The notes: generated from the letters alone by a model not told the origin. Shown: positions 35,834 to 49,132, counted from the first letter of the whole stretch. The stretch: 52,820 nucleotides of DNA, filler included, from Sphacelaria rigidula (GCA_964200075.2; 3 parts of 3 records of this genome joined end to end with filler, not necessarily neighbours in it), one strand, 5' to 3'. Program-made: numbers and translations.

Positions 35834-36534
35834 CTGCCCTCCAGAAAATATTCAACAGACGGTCCAGGAGCACCCAACAGGCAGGTCAACAGCAACCGTC
35901 AGAATTGAGGTTTGAACTGTAAGGTTCAGCCGCAGGATCGGGCTTTTGGCTGTGGTTTCCGCTAGGACTACAGTGGGGGGGGGCGCTGTGAGGCGCCGCT
36001 GTGCGAGCAAAAATCTACCATCTTTCAGCAGGGCCAAGTCTTACAGTGGATTTGGTCTCACCTATGGGAGGAGCAACTGTGCAGGGCGATTTCCATCTAC
36101 GTAAAAGCCCACCCTTCCGATTTGTGGGTTTGAGGATTAGGGCTTAGCCTGGTCCGGCGAACACCCGGCGTGCTTCGTCCCGGCTTTGTAGGGACGGAGC
36201 CCCTACGGGGTTGGCGTCGGTTGGCGATGAGGCTGTGAAACACGCCACTCACTGCGTAAGCTAGGCAACGAGGTTACCGATTTTTTGCGCGCTTGCGTTT
36301 TTTTTTGCGGTAATCATGATGGCGGTCGAGCTACATCGAATTGTGCGGGGTGGGAGATCATCGATTCCGCGCACAGGGGATGATCATAGTACGTAGCGGT
36401 TATTTGGTGAGACACCCGTGAGGCAGTGCGACCCGTGGCTGTCTCTGGAAGTGGCGACACCGGAAAATGAAGCAACTTATTTGAGGCTGCCATCCAAATG
36501 CAAGATAATCAAGAGGCTTCGGGCAGAACAATCT

Positions 36535-36722
36535 TAGCAGGATGAAGCTCATGCAGCTCACCCTTCATGCGATTCGCTGACCACATCATGGAGCTTTGCG
36601 CCTGGTGATTGATTGCGTGCCTCGTCCGGCGAAAACCAGGCGAGCTTCGTTCCGGCTTTACGGGGATGTGATATCAATGGTCATACGACTATGGCATGCC
36701 AGATCATGACTACACCCCTATT
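36535..36722 (+). repeat. Dispersed repeat, copy 2
   Basis: Colinear with 15578-15760. Confidence 0.7.
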
Positions 36723-37525
36723 AGAGGTGTCTCTATGACGAGTAGGAACGGTGCTCCGTCTCGAACGGGATGCACTGTCGACGGTCAAGAGACTAAGGCA
36801 AGAAACAAATGAGCACGCCCCCCTCTCCCCTTGAAAAAGAATCGCCCTGACGCAGAGACAACACTGGATGGCCTCAGAGGAACATATGAAAGTCGATGTT
36901 TTCTTTCCGCGAAGTTTTGACCGCTCCTTTTCCTCGATTATTTGCGGCTGCGGCGCTTTTCTTCCATTAACTATTTTGGAACTTTTTGGGCTATTCGCCA
37001 AGACTTTTTTGAGGCGTTCGCCATGTAGGCAACATGGACAGGAGGCGCACAGCCCGGACCTGAGGCACAAGCTCACACGAACTTCTCGTACCACCATGCC
37101 AGGATAGACGATGAGTACCTCGAGCTGTAGCTATTGATAAACCGAGTACGACGTTCTCCCCTCCGAGAAACTCGATTCAAAGCTGGATGCGATGGTTGCT
37201 TTCAGACAGGCGCCGTATAGCACGTTCACAAACGGTCACGATTCCACCGTGAGCAGCTTGTTCGGCACTCACACGGCCGGCCCTCCGACAGTACAGAACG
37301 GATTGCTGTGAAACAAACACTGTGTAAAGATGAGCAAGAGCTAGCGTCAGGCGTGATGTGCTCGTGCTGTGGGTGTGCGTGTTTGCTCGGGCTCAGCTGT
37401 ATAGGTGTAACATGTATCAGCCATGTGTGTTTAGTAACTCCATTAAGATTTCCAGGCCTGTTTTCGACTGCGTCCAGTGTGGAGAGAATCACCGCTCTCC
37501 CCAGCAAGTCTGTGATTTCCCTTGA

Positions 37526-38550
37526 CCCTTTTGGGACCGGACCACCACCAACACAGGGTGGACCCTGTGTTCCTGGGATAATCAAAAATAAGTCTTCGAG
37601 CGACCTGCACAATCACGGCGTGGCGAAATTCATCGACCAGATCCGAACAACCAGCGCGGGGACTGTGTCGAGTGCGATGCCACTGCAAAAATCGTGTGGG
37701 GATCCTATCTCTGGCCCAGATAAGGCTCCCCAGGTTTTCAAGTGCAGGGTGGTCGCAGCTTGATTTTATTGTATTGCTTGCTCCCAGTACAGCGTCCCCG
37801 AGTTTTTCCGGAGTATTTTTTGGGTCCCAATTCTATACTGAAACTTAGTCATTTACACCAACACAGGGTGGACCGGAAAAAACAGGGAAGGAGTGTACAT
37901 GCTACAATGTGGTCATTTTCACGAGGCACTGAACCCAAGTGGGCCGTGGAAGGACAAAAGGAGCTCCCGTCATGAATTTTGTCTATCCCTCCGCCGATGA
38001 CCTGCAGTGTGCAGTTAACATGTACGGAGTATGTTGTAGGCGGGGATGAAGAGGCGGTACATAGGCGGTTGCCCAGACCGTGCAGGGGAGTATGCAAGGG
38101 CAGCTGCTGCTGCAGTCGAGGAGGCGTACTGCGCTGTGCTTGTCCTGTACTAGATTTTGTGTATGCGCGCCGCAACGCTGATATACCCTTCGAAGAGAAA
38201 TTGCCGCATGTAACAAGGGGGGGAATGGCGGCCCACCCCGACCACAAAGGGCTGTGTGACAAGGTGATGGGGACAATAATATCATTCAAAGCCACAAGTG
38301 GCGGGGGGCCCGCCGGTCGCCGTATCCTGTTGTAAGCTCTCTACCGCAACCCATACTGCTTGCTACATCGGACGTACCCTACCTAATGCGCACCCTGCAC
38401 CTGAGAATAGATTGGAGGAAAGTTATGGTCTTCGTCATAACCCTGCGGTTACATACGCGGATTTTCACACGCCACTGTTTCGTGCAGACGCCAGACACGT
38501 CATGCCTAACCAGCCCCATTGGTCGTTCTGGAGGCCCGGTCCCAAAAGGG
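37526..38550. mobile_element. piggyBac-type non-autonomous element
   Basis: TTGA|CCCTTTTGGGACCGG ... CCGGTCCCAAAAGGG|TTAA: CCC/GGG termini and TTAA TSD with the left copy mutated. Internal direct repeat CACCAACACAGGGTGGACC at ~37545 and ~37856. Confidence 0.8.
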
Positions 38551-40315
38551 TTAAGGAACCAGAGTGGTCGTTGTGGGCAGACAAGCTGCCTTGCGGACTT
38601 CGCTCCTTCGCTTCATGTTTTTGTCGTTGAGATGAGCTCTCAATTAATTTGATATTTTTGGTGGAGCCTCAAAGAACAATCATGCGGGGGACAGGATTTC
38701 ATGGTCGAGAAGGATGCTCTACGCTGTACATCAGGACCCAGTACGGTTCAGTGTGAGGCGCCAAAATACAGGCTTCGGGAACCAGTACTGTAGCCAATGT
38801 GATTCAGCCGACCCACAATGGCTGTGAAGCCCCGTATTGAAAGTCCTACAGTTGGGGCTCGGAAAGAAGGTTCCGAGAGAAGGTTCCAAAACAAAGTTTG
38901 GTGGATACACTGTTCGTGCAACGCCACGAGCCCCAACTGAATCACCCTTCTCCCAGGTACCCTACCCAAGTGGGCCAAGGCTCATCCCGAGTGTCCAGCA
39001 GCAGTTTTGAGAGAACCGTTGTAGACCACGTGTGGTGACCGACAAGAGAGGGCTGAAACGGAAATTAGTAAGAGATCAGTAAAGATGAACCATCACACAT
39101 GCTTGAGGTACGGCAACGACACATCGTCTTGGAGAAGCCGTATCACAAGCTATCTCCTGGCGTCATATAATATCGATCACGATAAAACATGTTGTTACCT
39201 TGTAGGCACAAAAGTGACGCCGCAACGGAACTGGGAAGTGTGCAAGATTGCATGAATAGAAGAGGCAGCAAAGAGAGATATGGCAGAAATTATTCATGTA
39301 GCTGTAGCGGTAGCTTTGCAGCAGCAGGCTGCAGCCACTCCAGCTCCAGCTCCAGCTCCGATTCCCCCTCGAGAAGCAGCCTCCGGCGACTCAACGACGA
39401 ACATTCGAGAACGAACGCGGTACAAGGTCGACCTTCAGTCGTTCACCGCGGAAGAACAGGAATGGCCGGACTGGCATAAGACCTTTCTGGCATAGGCGAG
39501 GATATTACACTTTGCTTCGGGGCTTACAACCAAAGATGAGATCAAGTTTGGAACAGACGATTTCAGCGACGAGGGAGCAGACTCAGGGCGGATCAAGGCC
39601 GCATTACGAGCGTGGTTGGCCCTCATCTCCGCCTTCGAAGGTCCAGCGAAGAAAAACGTATAGAGCACCCACTCACCCAGCACGGGATGGAAGAAGCTGT
39701 TACAGCGGCACCGTGCGAGCGGCCTCAGGGACAAGTGCCGCTGGTAATCGAGTACGGCGCGCTCAGGATTGAGCCGGGAGAGGAGTCCACGAGGTCATGA
39801 TGCGGGTGGACGGAGCCGCCAACGAGTGGAAATGAGCAGGGAAAAGCGTCGATGAGGGCGACAAACACATCGTCCCGAATTGACTCGCGCTGGAGTACAC
39901 CACCGAGCGGCGAATGTTGGCAGGAGAGGCCCTGTGGCTCTCGCGGGGGCATATCGAGAAGGTCCTCAACAACCAATACCAGCAGCTCAAGAGGGAGAAG
40001 GGCGAAGCTGGTGCGAAATCACTTGTGGCCGCGGCGAAGCTGGGACAACAAAAGTTCCAGTCGGCCAACCCAAAGCAAGAACGGGGGAACCTGCGGTTGG
40101 AGTCCGACGTCGGGTGCTCGAAGTGCGAAAAGCGGGGACCCCGTGGAGAGGAATGCCGCGGCGGGAAACCGAAGGATACCCGGTGCTTCATCTGTGGGAG
40201 CTCGGGACACAAGGCCTCGGCTTGCGAATGGACATGGACTGAGGAAAGCGGGGATGGATCCGTATTGCTGTCGAGGGAGTTTCACCCTCCGACCACAGAC
40301 ATTGCCCTCACCATA

Positions 40316-41512
40316 CAGGCTGGGCCGCCTAAGAGGCTCACTTTCCTTCAACCCGTTCCAACTAACGATGTATCGCGAGTTGTGCCTACTATGACACATC
40401 GTGTTAATCGGCAAATCAGCACGCGTCTTCAAAATAAATGTACCACTGCGATCCGACAAGGTCTCGTGAAACGAAATACCAAACTGTAGTCAAGTGCGAA
40501 AGTGTAGAGAGTTAAGGGTACCGTGCGCGGCGGAATCAGTCAAAAGAAAACGGCTGAAATTGGATTTTCGGTTACAGTCGGTTGTGCCGCGTGGTGCCGC
40601 ACAAGCTGCGATCGTACAAGAACACATGTCACACTAGGCGCACAGTATCCAAGATTGCACGCAGACGAGGCCCGGAGCGCGCAAAGGCATGTGGTACTAG
40701 TGTGCGAACCAACGAGCAGTTTGTGAAGACCTCCGAGCCGAAAGTAGAAGAAAAGTCGAAGGCGAACTTCCGGCTGAGGTTCGAAGGCGAACTTCACGCT
40801 GATGTTCCATCTCCACATGGGAACCGGATTTCGAGAGAGTGGAGCAATTTCCGCTAAATTTTCAGTCGTTTTCGATGAACTTTTGACATGATGTACAGAA
40901 CGTATGTACGAACACTCCTTCGCTCCTACCGTGTTTTTGTTTTTCTTCTCCGTGCGTGTTGACGACAGAACATATCAGAACAGTTTTTTTCCGGAACAAA
41001 ATTGCCAATAACTTACGAAAAAGAAGAAAAAAAAAACAGGGGAAGTAAAAAGGGGTCTTTGCACATACGTCCTGTACATCGTGTCGAAATTTCGTCCGAA
41101 ACAACTCGAAATTGAACAGCAAAAGTGCGTTTGAATTATTGGTGGTTGGTCCATCTCCATATGCAATATGAACCGGTTTACGACAGAATGACGCGAGTCT
41201 TGAGCTCATTTTGAGTTGTTTTCGATTAAATTCTGACATGATGTACAAGACGTACATGCAAAGACCCCCAAAAATCTCTCCCTGTTCTTTTTTTACTTGG
41301 TGAGTTATCAGCGACGGAACATTTCAAAACAATTTTTCGGAGCAAAATCGCCAATAACTCACGAAGAAGAAAAAAAACACAGGGAGGGAATCTTGGGGGT
41401 CTTTTCATGTACGTCCTGTACATCATGTTGAAATTTCATGGAAAACGACTCGAAATTGGGCTCAAGACTCGCGGGTCAACAATCCTGTCCGCATCTTGGG
41501 CGGCCCAGCCTG
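40316..41512. mobile_element. Non-autonomous TIR element with TA target duplication (Tc1/mariner-type), nested in copia
   Basis: TA|CAGGCTGGGCCGCCTAAGA ... TCTTGGGCGGCCCAGCCTG|TA. Removal restores the copia frame ALT-I-DSVGTG. Contains two internal palindromic modules (~40850-41120 and 41189-41478). Confidence 0.88.
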
Positions 41513-43739
41513 TAGATTCGGTCGGCACCGGCACCGGCACCGGCGACCGCTCTGGTGGTTGGCACCGGCACCAGCAACAAGACGCCTCCAGCGGAAGGAC
41601 TCTGCAAATACCAGCCGGTGCCAGTAGGTTCATCGGTCAATATCGCGGATGGGAAGATTCTGCCAGTGGGTGGAAGCGGCCTGCTCGAAATGAAGGCGGA
41701 GCAGCCGGAGGAACCGACCAGCATCTTAATTGGGGAAAATTCTTCACGTACCGCGTTTGGGAAACAAACTCATCTCCGAACGTCAGCTGACCCTCATCCA
41801 GCTATTTTCGAAGTGTCCGTGGCGTGCCCACGTGGGCGTCGGCGAAGACGCATGCTATTTCTTCGATTCCAACGAGTCGTCTAGACTTTACGAGATTAAG
41901 GCCAAGCGATCGCATCAACACCGACGCGGCGTGACATCATGGAGGCTGACCGTATGATGGCGCGCCCTGACGAGCACATTACCAGGATGACCGCCAAGGC
42001 GACTGGCATCAAGCTGACTGGGGAATGGAACCACTGTCCGGCGTACGACGCGAAGGCGGCATCTCGCGCCTCAACGTGGGCGGCGCTGCCGCACGTCGAC
42101 CCGGCAGGGCCGATGCCCGTCACCAGCTTGGGCAGTGGAAACGTCATTTCCTTGTGGGCAATGACAGTCGGATCAAGATGGCCAAGTTCTTGAAGAGTAA
42201 GGGATACACGACGGCTGGGTTGCAGAGCTACATCGCCAAATACACCACCCCCGCCCGGCTAACGAGAGGGGCCGTTCGCACATACAACGACGGTGAGTTC
42301 ATGGGCACCTTCCAGTGCAAGCTGGACGGGCGCGGTATCACCCACCAACTTACGCTGCCCGACACTCCGCAGTATAACGGCGTCGCCGAGAGGGTACTTG
42401 GGTTGCTGCGAGAGAAGACAATCGCCACTTGAGGACCTCGAGAAGCAGGACACGGGCGCGTACTCGAGAGGTTCCGGGCCGAGGCGTGGGACTACGCCAC
42501 CATCGCAACAATAACCTGTGCGTAACGACGTCAAACGCCAGCGGGGTAACACCGTTTGAGATGTGGGACGGTAAACCTCCTCTGCTGAGCACCACACATC
42601 GAACGAGCGGTGAGCAGGCACCACAGCAAGCTCCTACAAGAGAAACGGAGGTAACACAGGCGATCGAAAGCGTGGATGGTTGCGGAGTGCGACGGCGAGA
42701 GACTAGCGACGAACAGTCCGAGTGAGCCGAGGGAACATGCCCGGAGCGTAGCGAACCGGCAGCAGAGAAGGAAGGCTTGGGGTCACCGTCAAAATATGAA
42801 GCATCGCCGGAGAGAAAGAAAACATGGAGTTCCCGCCAGAAGAGGGGCGATGGCAACCAGCCGCACTTCGACGTATCGTGGACCACTGGACTGGGGAACC
42901 AGCCCAACGTTCTCAGTACACATACCAGGAGCGATCGAGGAGGCGGCGATAAAAGCGGCGAGGCCGCGTTAAGCGTCACCCTAGCCAGTGACGGCGTGCT
43001 CGAGTTCCATGCAATGACAACCCCGGCCGAGTGGAAGATCGCCACGATGCAGGCGGCACTCGCGAAGTCGGGTGGGCGAGGAGATGATCTCCCTACCAAA
43101 CCACAGAGTCACACGGAGGTCACGGCATCGCCGGAATGTCATCCTGGGAAACAGTAGAAAGGACGGGAATGGACGATTTAATCGACGAGGACGTATGGGC
43201 TCAAGTATCGCTAACGAAAGGGAAGGTGGTGCTTGGGACAAAGCGGCTTTACGCCAGTAATATCGGAGAACACGACGAGGTAGTGAAACACAAGTGCCGT
43301 TTTGTCTCCCACGGACGCGGACAAACCACACGATCGCACTGCACGGAGTCGCCATCACCTACAGCTACAGCAGCAATCATCCGCATGGCACTTGCAACTG
43401 GGGTACTCGAGGACATGGAGATGCGCCACGTCGACTTCGAACAAGCTTTCCTGATGTCCGAAATTGACACCAAATTCTACATCGAGCTACCAGAAGAGTA
43501 CCGGAAGTTCCCCGACGCAGTTGGAGGGCTGAGCAAAGCTATCTACGGCCTAGTGCAGTTCGGTCGCTGCTGGAACTTGAAGCCCACCGGCGACCTGAAG
43601 TAACTGGGCTTCGAACGGTCGCACGCCAACCCCTGCGTCTTCCTGAAGCTCAACACTGAAGAAATTGTGGCTATCCTTGTTGTTGACGTAGACGATCTCT
43701 TGGTCCTGACCACCACAGCAGAGATCATGGAGTCTCTCG

Positions 43740-45161
43740 CAGTGGTATTCCTCTTCCATAATATGGAGGCGGTATTCTGGCAGCATAGGCGTAAAGAGAA
43801 CCCGCACCTCGCGTCAGATGACGCCGGAACTTGCAGAATGTGTAGATTGGTATTAGAGGCAGGTGTTACAGTCACAGCTGCAGCAGGGGAAGTCGCTGAT
43901 GACCCAGTCTGCATTGATATGGTGGATACCCACGATGCATGAGATTTGTTTTTTCAACACCCTGCTGTCTGATGATCATTATAATGGGTACAGTGACTGA
44001 GGAGCACGCAGGCTGCGACGGATCCTGCTGGCCTCATCATCAATCTTCGCCCAGTTATGGATGAACGCTCGAAGAAACCCAGCAAATAAGCATGGTTTAT
44101 GGTCTGCTATATATGTGAGGGTTGAGAGCTAAACGCTTCCGCTCCAAAAAGGTCGACAGTCAAAGGTCAAGCTCCTGTCGCACGACCAGTGGGTAGTGTC
44201 ACGGACCCTTGCCGGTGTACCTGGCACTGGGGGCGACATCCCGGTGCAGACAGTCCCGCCACTACCGGGACGGCTATGCAAACAGGCTGGCAGCCGGGAT
44301 GGTCATTGCACTGGTGTTCTTCTAGCGTTATCAACTTCAAGTACGGCCGCACAGGCTTTGCACGTTAATATTTCAGTGATTGTCTCACTTCCACTTCGGC
44401 CTTGTGCTGTGGATCATCTCACGATCTCACCGCCCAATGTATGTGGAAATGTATTACACTCTGGACAGGAGCTTACTACAGTTAGTTACAATTCAACAGA
44501 ATGCACAGTGTGGAAGCTATTGCCTACTGCGACGTGCGCAATACTCGTAGTGGGAAGTGCGCGCAGTATCACTTCAAAACAGTGTAAAATTCCAGGGTAT
44601 GAATTGTTACAGCCGGCTTGCGCGCCATAGCGCCTGTGTTACTATACAGCTGCGCTCAAGATACAGGCAGGTATTACAGCGGCAGAAGCGGGCTTTTACT
44701 CCTGCGTACGCCATCTAGGGCAAATGCACGCTTAGCTGCAACACCGACCGCTACACAAGATGCGGAGCGAGGGGTGGTACACCACGTACACACAGACAGC
44801 AAGCAGTATCATACATATATACTGTATACAAGCGTGTTTTGAAATACGTGTGCGCGGAGTGGGGCCGGCACGTGAAGAAACCTGCACAACTTCGCCGTGT
44901 ACTACCGAGACGCGACCCCTTTTCAGTAGCAATCGCTTGCGATGTGTGCCGCGACGGGTCTCGTGCGTGATGGTGCTTTTTCCAATTCCGCACACCGCCC
45001 GTGAAGAGAGCTGTTGATGCTGGAAGTGTCCACCCCTCTTCCAGTGATGATCTCCACTCTTGGTCTCAGACAACTGGAACTGCGGAAAATTACAGTATTT
45101 TCTAGAAGTTACATATTTTCCCACACAAATCCCTCCATATCATGGAAAAGGAATAGCACTG
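43740..45161. mobile_element. Non-autonomous DNA transposon with 30-bp TIRs (CAGTG...CACTG) and 5-bp TSD TCTCG (hAT5-like), nested in copia RT
   Basis: TCTCG|CAGTGGTATTCCTCTTCCATAATATGGAGG ... CCTCCATATCATGGAAAAGGAATAGCACTG|TCTCG. Excision restores the in-frame RT peptide IMESLVQELGSRYKVKDMG. Confidence 0.9.
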
Positions 45162-45595
45162 TCTCGTGCAAGAACTAGGTTCCCGATACAAGGTCAAGGA
45201 CATGGGAAGGCATCGTACTACATGGGGTGCTACATCACCAGAAACCGCGAGAAGCGAAAACTGGACCTTGACCAACATCTATATATTTTTGACAGATTCA
45301 GGATCGATAAGACCGTCATGGCATCGGCGGCGGCACACGGGACCGCCGATATCGACGGAGGACGGGCCAAGGACACCAAAAGAAGAGGAGAAGATGCGGG
45401 ATGATCCCTATCACGAAGCAGGAGGGGATATCATTTCGGCTGCGACTATGACGACGCCGGACATCTCAAGCGCTACCCGTACGGTCGCAAAATTCCGCAA
45501 AAACCTCTGTAAAAAGCACGGGAGAGCCGTGGTGAAGACACTGCAATACCTGCGAAGAAATTAGGACCACGAAATCACCTTCGGGAGGGGGGGGG

Positions 45596-48108
45596 ATGCA
45601 GCGTCACCGAGATAAATGGGTAGCTTTGCCAAGCATGAAGGTATTCTTAAAATGCGCTGCGGAACATAAAATGGCCATCACCAAAATAGTTTTTCGCACA
45701 CCAACTCGCGGGGAAAGCTCGACCGCATACACGTATATGGGACCAAAGGTTGAACACCGCTGGCGCCTGGACTACATCCTAGTACGTCAGCAAGACCGCA
45801 AACTCATCTGAAATGTCCCTGTGCACCCCGAGATGAAATCGGACCATCGACTGGCCACAGTCGTAATCCGTCTCTTCGGACGGAGAGCACCCAACCGCCA
45901 AACTGAAACCGGGAAGCAGGGATAGGGGAGTACGTTTCGACCGCAAAGCCCTCGCATTCGACCAACGCTGGAGAGCGACTGTCTCACAGGCCACTGTCAC
46001 CAAGCTTCCGATTGCTACCAACTCCCCCGCAGTAATGGACATCAACGACATGGCATCTGCCTTCGCCAACGCCTTGCGACAGACAGCCGCGGATACACCC
46101 CCTCGATGCCCGAAGGAACCTCATCTAGAGGTTTCAGTGAGTCAACTCAGGCTCGGTATCGCCTCTAAAAGGCGTGGAATCTAAGGGAGCGTGTATGTAA
46201 GAACCTGCGCGCCAACCCCAGATACTCTGTCCTGAAGAAAGTGCCGAAGGTGGGGAACAAAGCGTTTAAACGGGTAAAGGATGCTGAGCTGCAGAACTTT
46301 GTTCACGAGTTCACAGTCTGGACAGCAGAGTTTGTTCGCAAGAAGGATCAAGCAGGAATGCACCAGCACATCAAGCACTTGGAACTGAAAGGGAAGAAGC
46401 ACTGCGACTTCACCCACGTAAGGAGCGCGACTGGCGAGCTGTTGCGGGATAAGCAAGCTATCCTGCAACGATGGAAGGAGTGATTTGAAACATTTTTGAA
46501 CGCAACCTCGCTAATGATTGACCACTCTGCCATCGATCTCATCGAGCAGATGCCGGAGCACGCGCCGCTCGCAGCCGAACCCTCGATGGAAGAAATGAAG
46601 GAAGCGATGGGCAAGCTGGCGAACGGCAAGGCCGGGCGACATCTGTGGCGAACTATCGAAACTCGGCCGCACCGAAGACTCTGCCATCCTGAAGTGCCTC
46701 CACAACATCGTCCTCATCGTGTGAAATCAGGAAGTAGTGCCGCAAGAGTGAAAAGACACCATCAAGGTGCTTCGAAAGAAACAGGACCCGCACGAATAAG
46801 CAACAACCGCGGTACATCCCTCGGGCCCCACGCAGGCAAGGTGGTACTCAAGATAGTTGCGACTCGCCTCAGCGCCTACTACGAGTGAAAGGGAATCCTC
46901 CCAGAAGCGCAGTGCGGTTTCCGACTCGACCGTTCCACAGTCGACATGATGTTCGCTACGCGCAGGTTCCAAGAACTGGCCGGAGAGACGGATCTTCCCA
47001 CTTGCAAATGCCTCATCGATCTCTAAAAGCCATACGACTCAGTGAACCACTCCCTTCTCCGGAAAGTTCTAGCACGCTACGATATCCCGAAGATAATTTC
47101 CACCATCCGCCAGTTCCACGACGGCATGCAGGCATGCGTACGCCTTGACAGCGGCGAGACATCTGAGCGGTTTAACGTTAACCAGGGCCTCCACCAAGGC
47201 TGGGTGTTTTCCCCTGATCTATTCGACAGCTTCTTCGCGGCGGTGCTGACGGTAACGTTCGACCGCTTCTACATCAATAAAGCGGTGGCGTAGGACTTTA
47301 TCCGCATCGCTGAAAGGAGCGGGAAGACCAGGGACGAAATCAGCAAAGGGCTTCGGGCCATGCTATACGCCGACGACGCTGGCATTGCCTCGCAGTCTCA
47401 GGTAAGCTTTGCAAAGATGATGACGGCCGGCGCCGAAGTACGTGCGGCATTCGGCCTCATCGTGGCGAAAAAAATACAGTCACCATCCACAAGCGCTCCC
47501 CGAACATGGAGGCGGATGTGGTCGAGGTGGAGGCAGCGGGTCACAGATACGAGCAAGTTGAACTTTCTTTCACCTTGGCGGAAAAATCAGCAGCATCGGC
47601 GATGTCACCCCTGAGATTAACTGCCACATCTTGCTTTTAAAAGTACAGCAGAGTGGTATACGACAACCCGTATATCGCCCTGGCCTCCAAGGTTTGTCTC
47701 CTCAAGACTGAAGTGATCGAGGTAATGCTATACGGCTGCGTGACCTAGACGATTGCACACGACAATTTCGGCGAGTTACGGGAGGCCCATCGAGGTTTCC
47801 TCCTGGGGCGCCTCAACAAGCATACCTCAAGCCGCAGCATTCCCGGAAGCCACATGCTACCATACCACGAAGTCCTCGAAAGAACTAGCTGCAAGTGCAT
47901 CGAGGCCACCGTGATGAGACGAACCCCCCTACACGCCGGCCGCGTTGTGCGCATGCACGATGAATGCCCCCAACATCGTCCAGCGTGGAGTAATGGTTAG
48001 AGGGAAGTCGAAGGCAGGCCCATCAGGAAGACGCCTACAACAGTTCATCAAGGAATACTGTTCTTACTTCGGAATAAACGCGACACCATGGACGCAGGTT
48101 GCCCAGGA
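45596..48108 (+). mobile_element. Decayed non-LTR retrotransposon (LINE, RTE-like): APE endonuclease C-terminus plus reverse transcriptase
   Basis: WRLDYILVR...SDHRL (endonuclease); LPEAQCGFR..RSTVDMMF; YDSVNHSLLRKVLARY; GLHQGWVFSPDLF; MLYADDAGI. Multiple stops and frameshifts; 5' truncated. Confidence 0.9.
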
Positions 48109-48474
48109 TGTGTGTGTGTGTATGTGTGTTGTCGTCCCATCTATTCTGGACGCCGGTCTACACCTTACGGTATACGTGGGCGCATCAGCCGGGGTCACAC
48201 AGGAGCAACGTCAACACAGGAGCTTCTCCTTTTTTATTTGTTTTAATATCCCACCTTCTTTCTGCGGTACTTACCTTTACTTTTATCGAGAGAGGGGTAC
48301 AGCAGTCCCTTTCCCTCGTCGACCGTCAGGTCGATTTTTGGGTACCCACGACATAGTCGCTGTCCACTGTTGGGCATGGTGTGAGAAAAAATCCCAGATC
48401 GCTCCGAGAATTGAACCCACGACCCAACCGTCAGAGGGTTGCGAGGTTACCAACTGAGCCACCGGGGCGACCGG
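48109..48474 (-). mobile_element. tRNA-derived SINE with (CA)n tail
   Basis: Minus strand begins CCGGTCGCCCCGG-TGGCTCAGTTGG (A box)...GGTTCAATTCT (B box), has a ~270-nt body and ends in a (CA)n tract (TG repeat on +). Confidence 0.75.
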
Positions 48475-48665
48475 TTTAATTCGTGACCTACGTATTTAGA
48501 AGCTGTTATATCAGTTTGACCGTGGCGCAGCCGTGTCACACGGAAAGTGCCCGGCTGAGCCCAATTTTAGGATTTTCTGGGCGAAATTATACCGGGTCTC
48601 CTCTACGTAAATACACACAACATTCATGGGAATGTCGTCGTTTTTCTTTAATTTTTACGGAGTTA

Positions 48666-49132
48666 GGCTACTTCTCATGTAAAAAAAAATAAAAGTTGTT
48701 GAAATGCGCATTTTCGGTCCTTTTCCGTCGTTTTCCCCCCCAAACGACGGCTAGGCGGATGTTGACACCTTGGAATGACTTGCTCTAATCACTGAGACGG
48801 TTTCAGAACACCTTTGCGTTTCCCGCAGGTCACAGTCGTTCTTGTCCAAAGTTGTATTTTCAATAATAAACGGCCAAGTTGTCAAAAAACAGGGGGGAAA
48901 CTGACATTTTTTTGGTAGCTCGACCTTTTGTTATTGAAAATGCAAGATTGGCCAAAAACGAAACCATGACCTACTGAAAACGCAAAGATGCTCTGGAACG
49001 GCCTCAGCGAGTAGAGCAAGTCATTCCAAGGTGTCAACACCCGCCCAGCCCTCGTTTCGGGGGAAAACGATGGAGGACGGCCAAAAATGTACTTTTCAAC
49101 AAGTATTACTTTTCGATACATGAGAAGTAGAC
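48666..49132. mobile_element. Fully palindromic (foldback-like) MITE, ~230-bp arms
   Basis: CTACTTCTCATGTA / TACATGAGAAGTAG ends, GTTGACACCTTGGAATGACTTGCTCTA / TAGAGCAAGTCATTCCAAGGTGTCAAC, TTTTCAATAA / TTATTGAAAA. Confidence 0.85.

Larger units (their letters stand above)
39020..45590 (+). mobile_element. Decayed Ty1/copia LTR retrotransposon (gag, protease, integrase, RT), 3'-truncated, with two nested insertions
   Basis: gag with zinc knuckle CFICGSSGHKASAC (~40185); protease-like VNIADGKILPVGGSG; integrase HVDPAGPMP, VRTYNDGEF, TPQYNGVAER; RT HVDFEQAFL, LSKAIYGLVQ, VDVDDLLV, DMGKASYYMG, PYHEAGG, TPDISSA. Order PR-IN-RT is copia. Many stops and frameshifts. Candidate TG...CA 5' LTR ~39020-39189 is unverified because no second LTR is present. 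Confidence 0.92.

Noticed and set aside
42350..43099. 249-aa minus-strand ORF
   Set aside because: Antisense shadow of the GC-rich copia integrase-RT linker.
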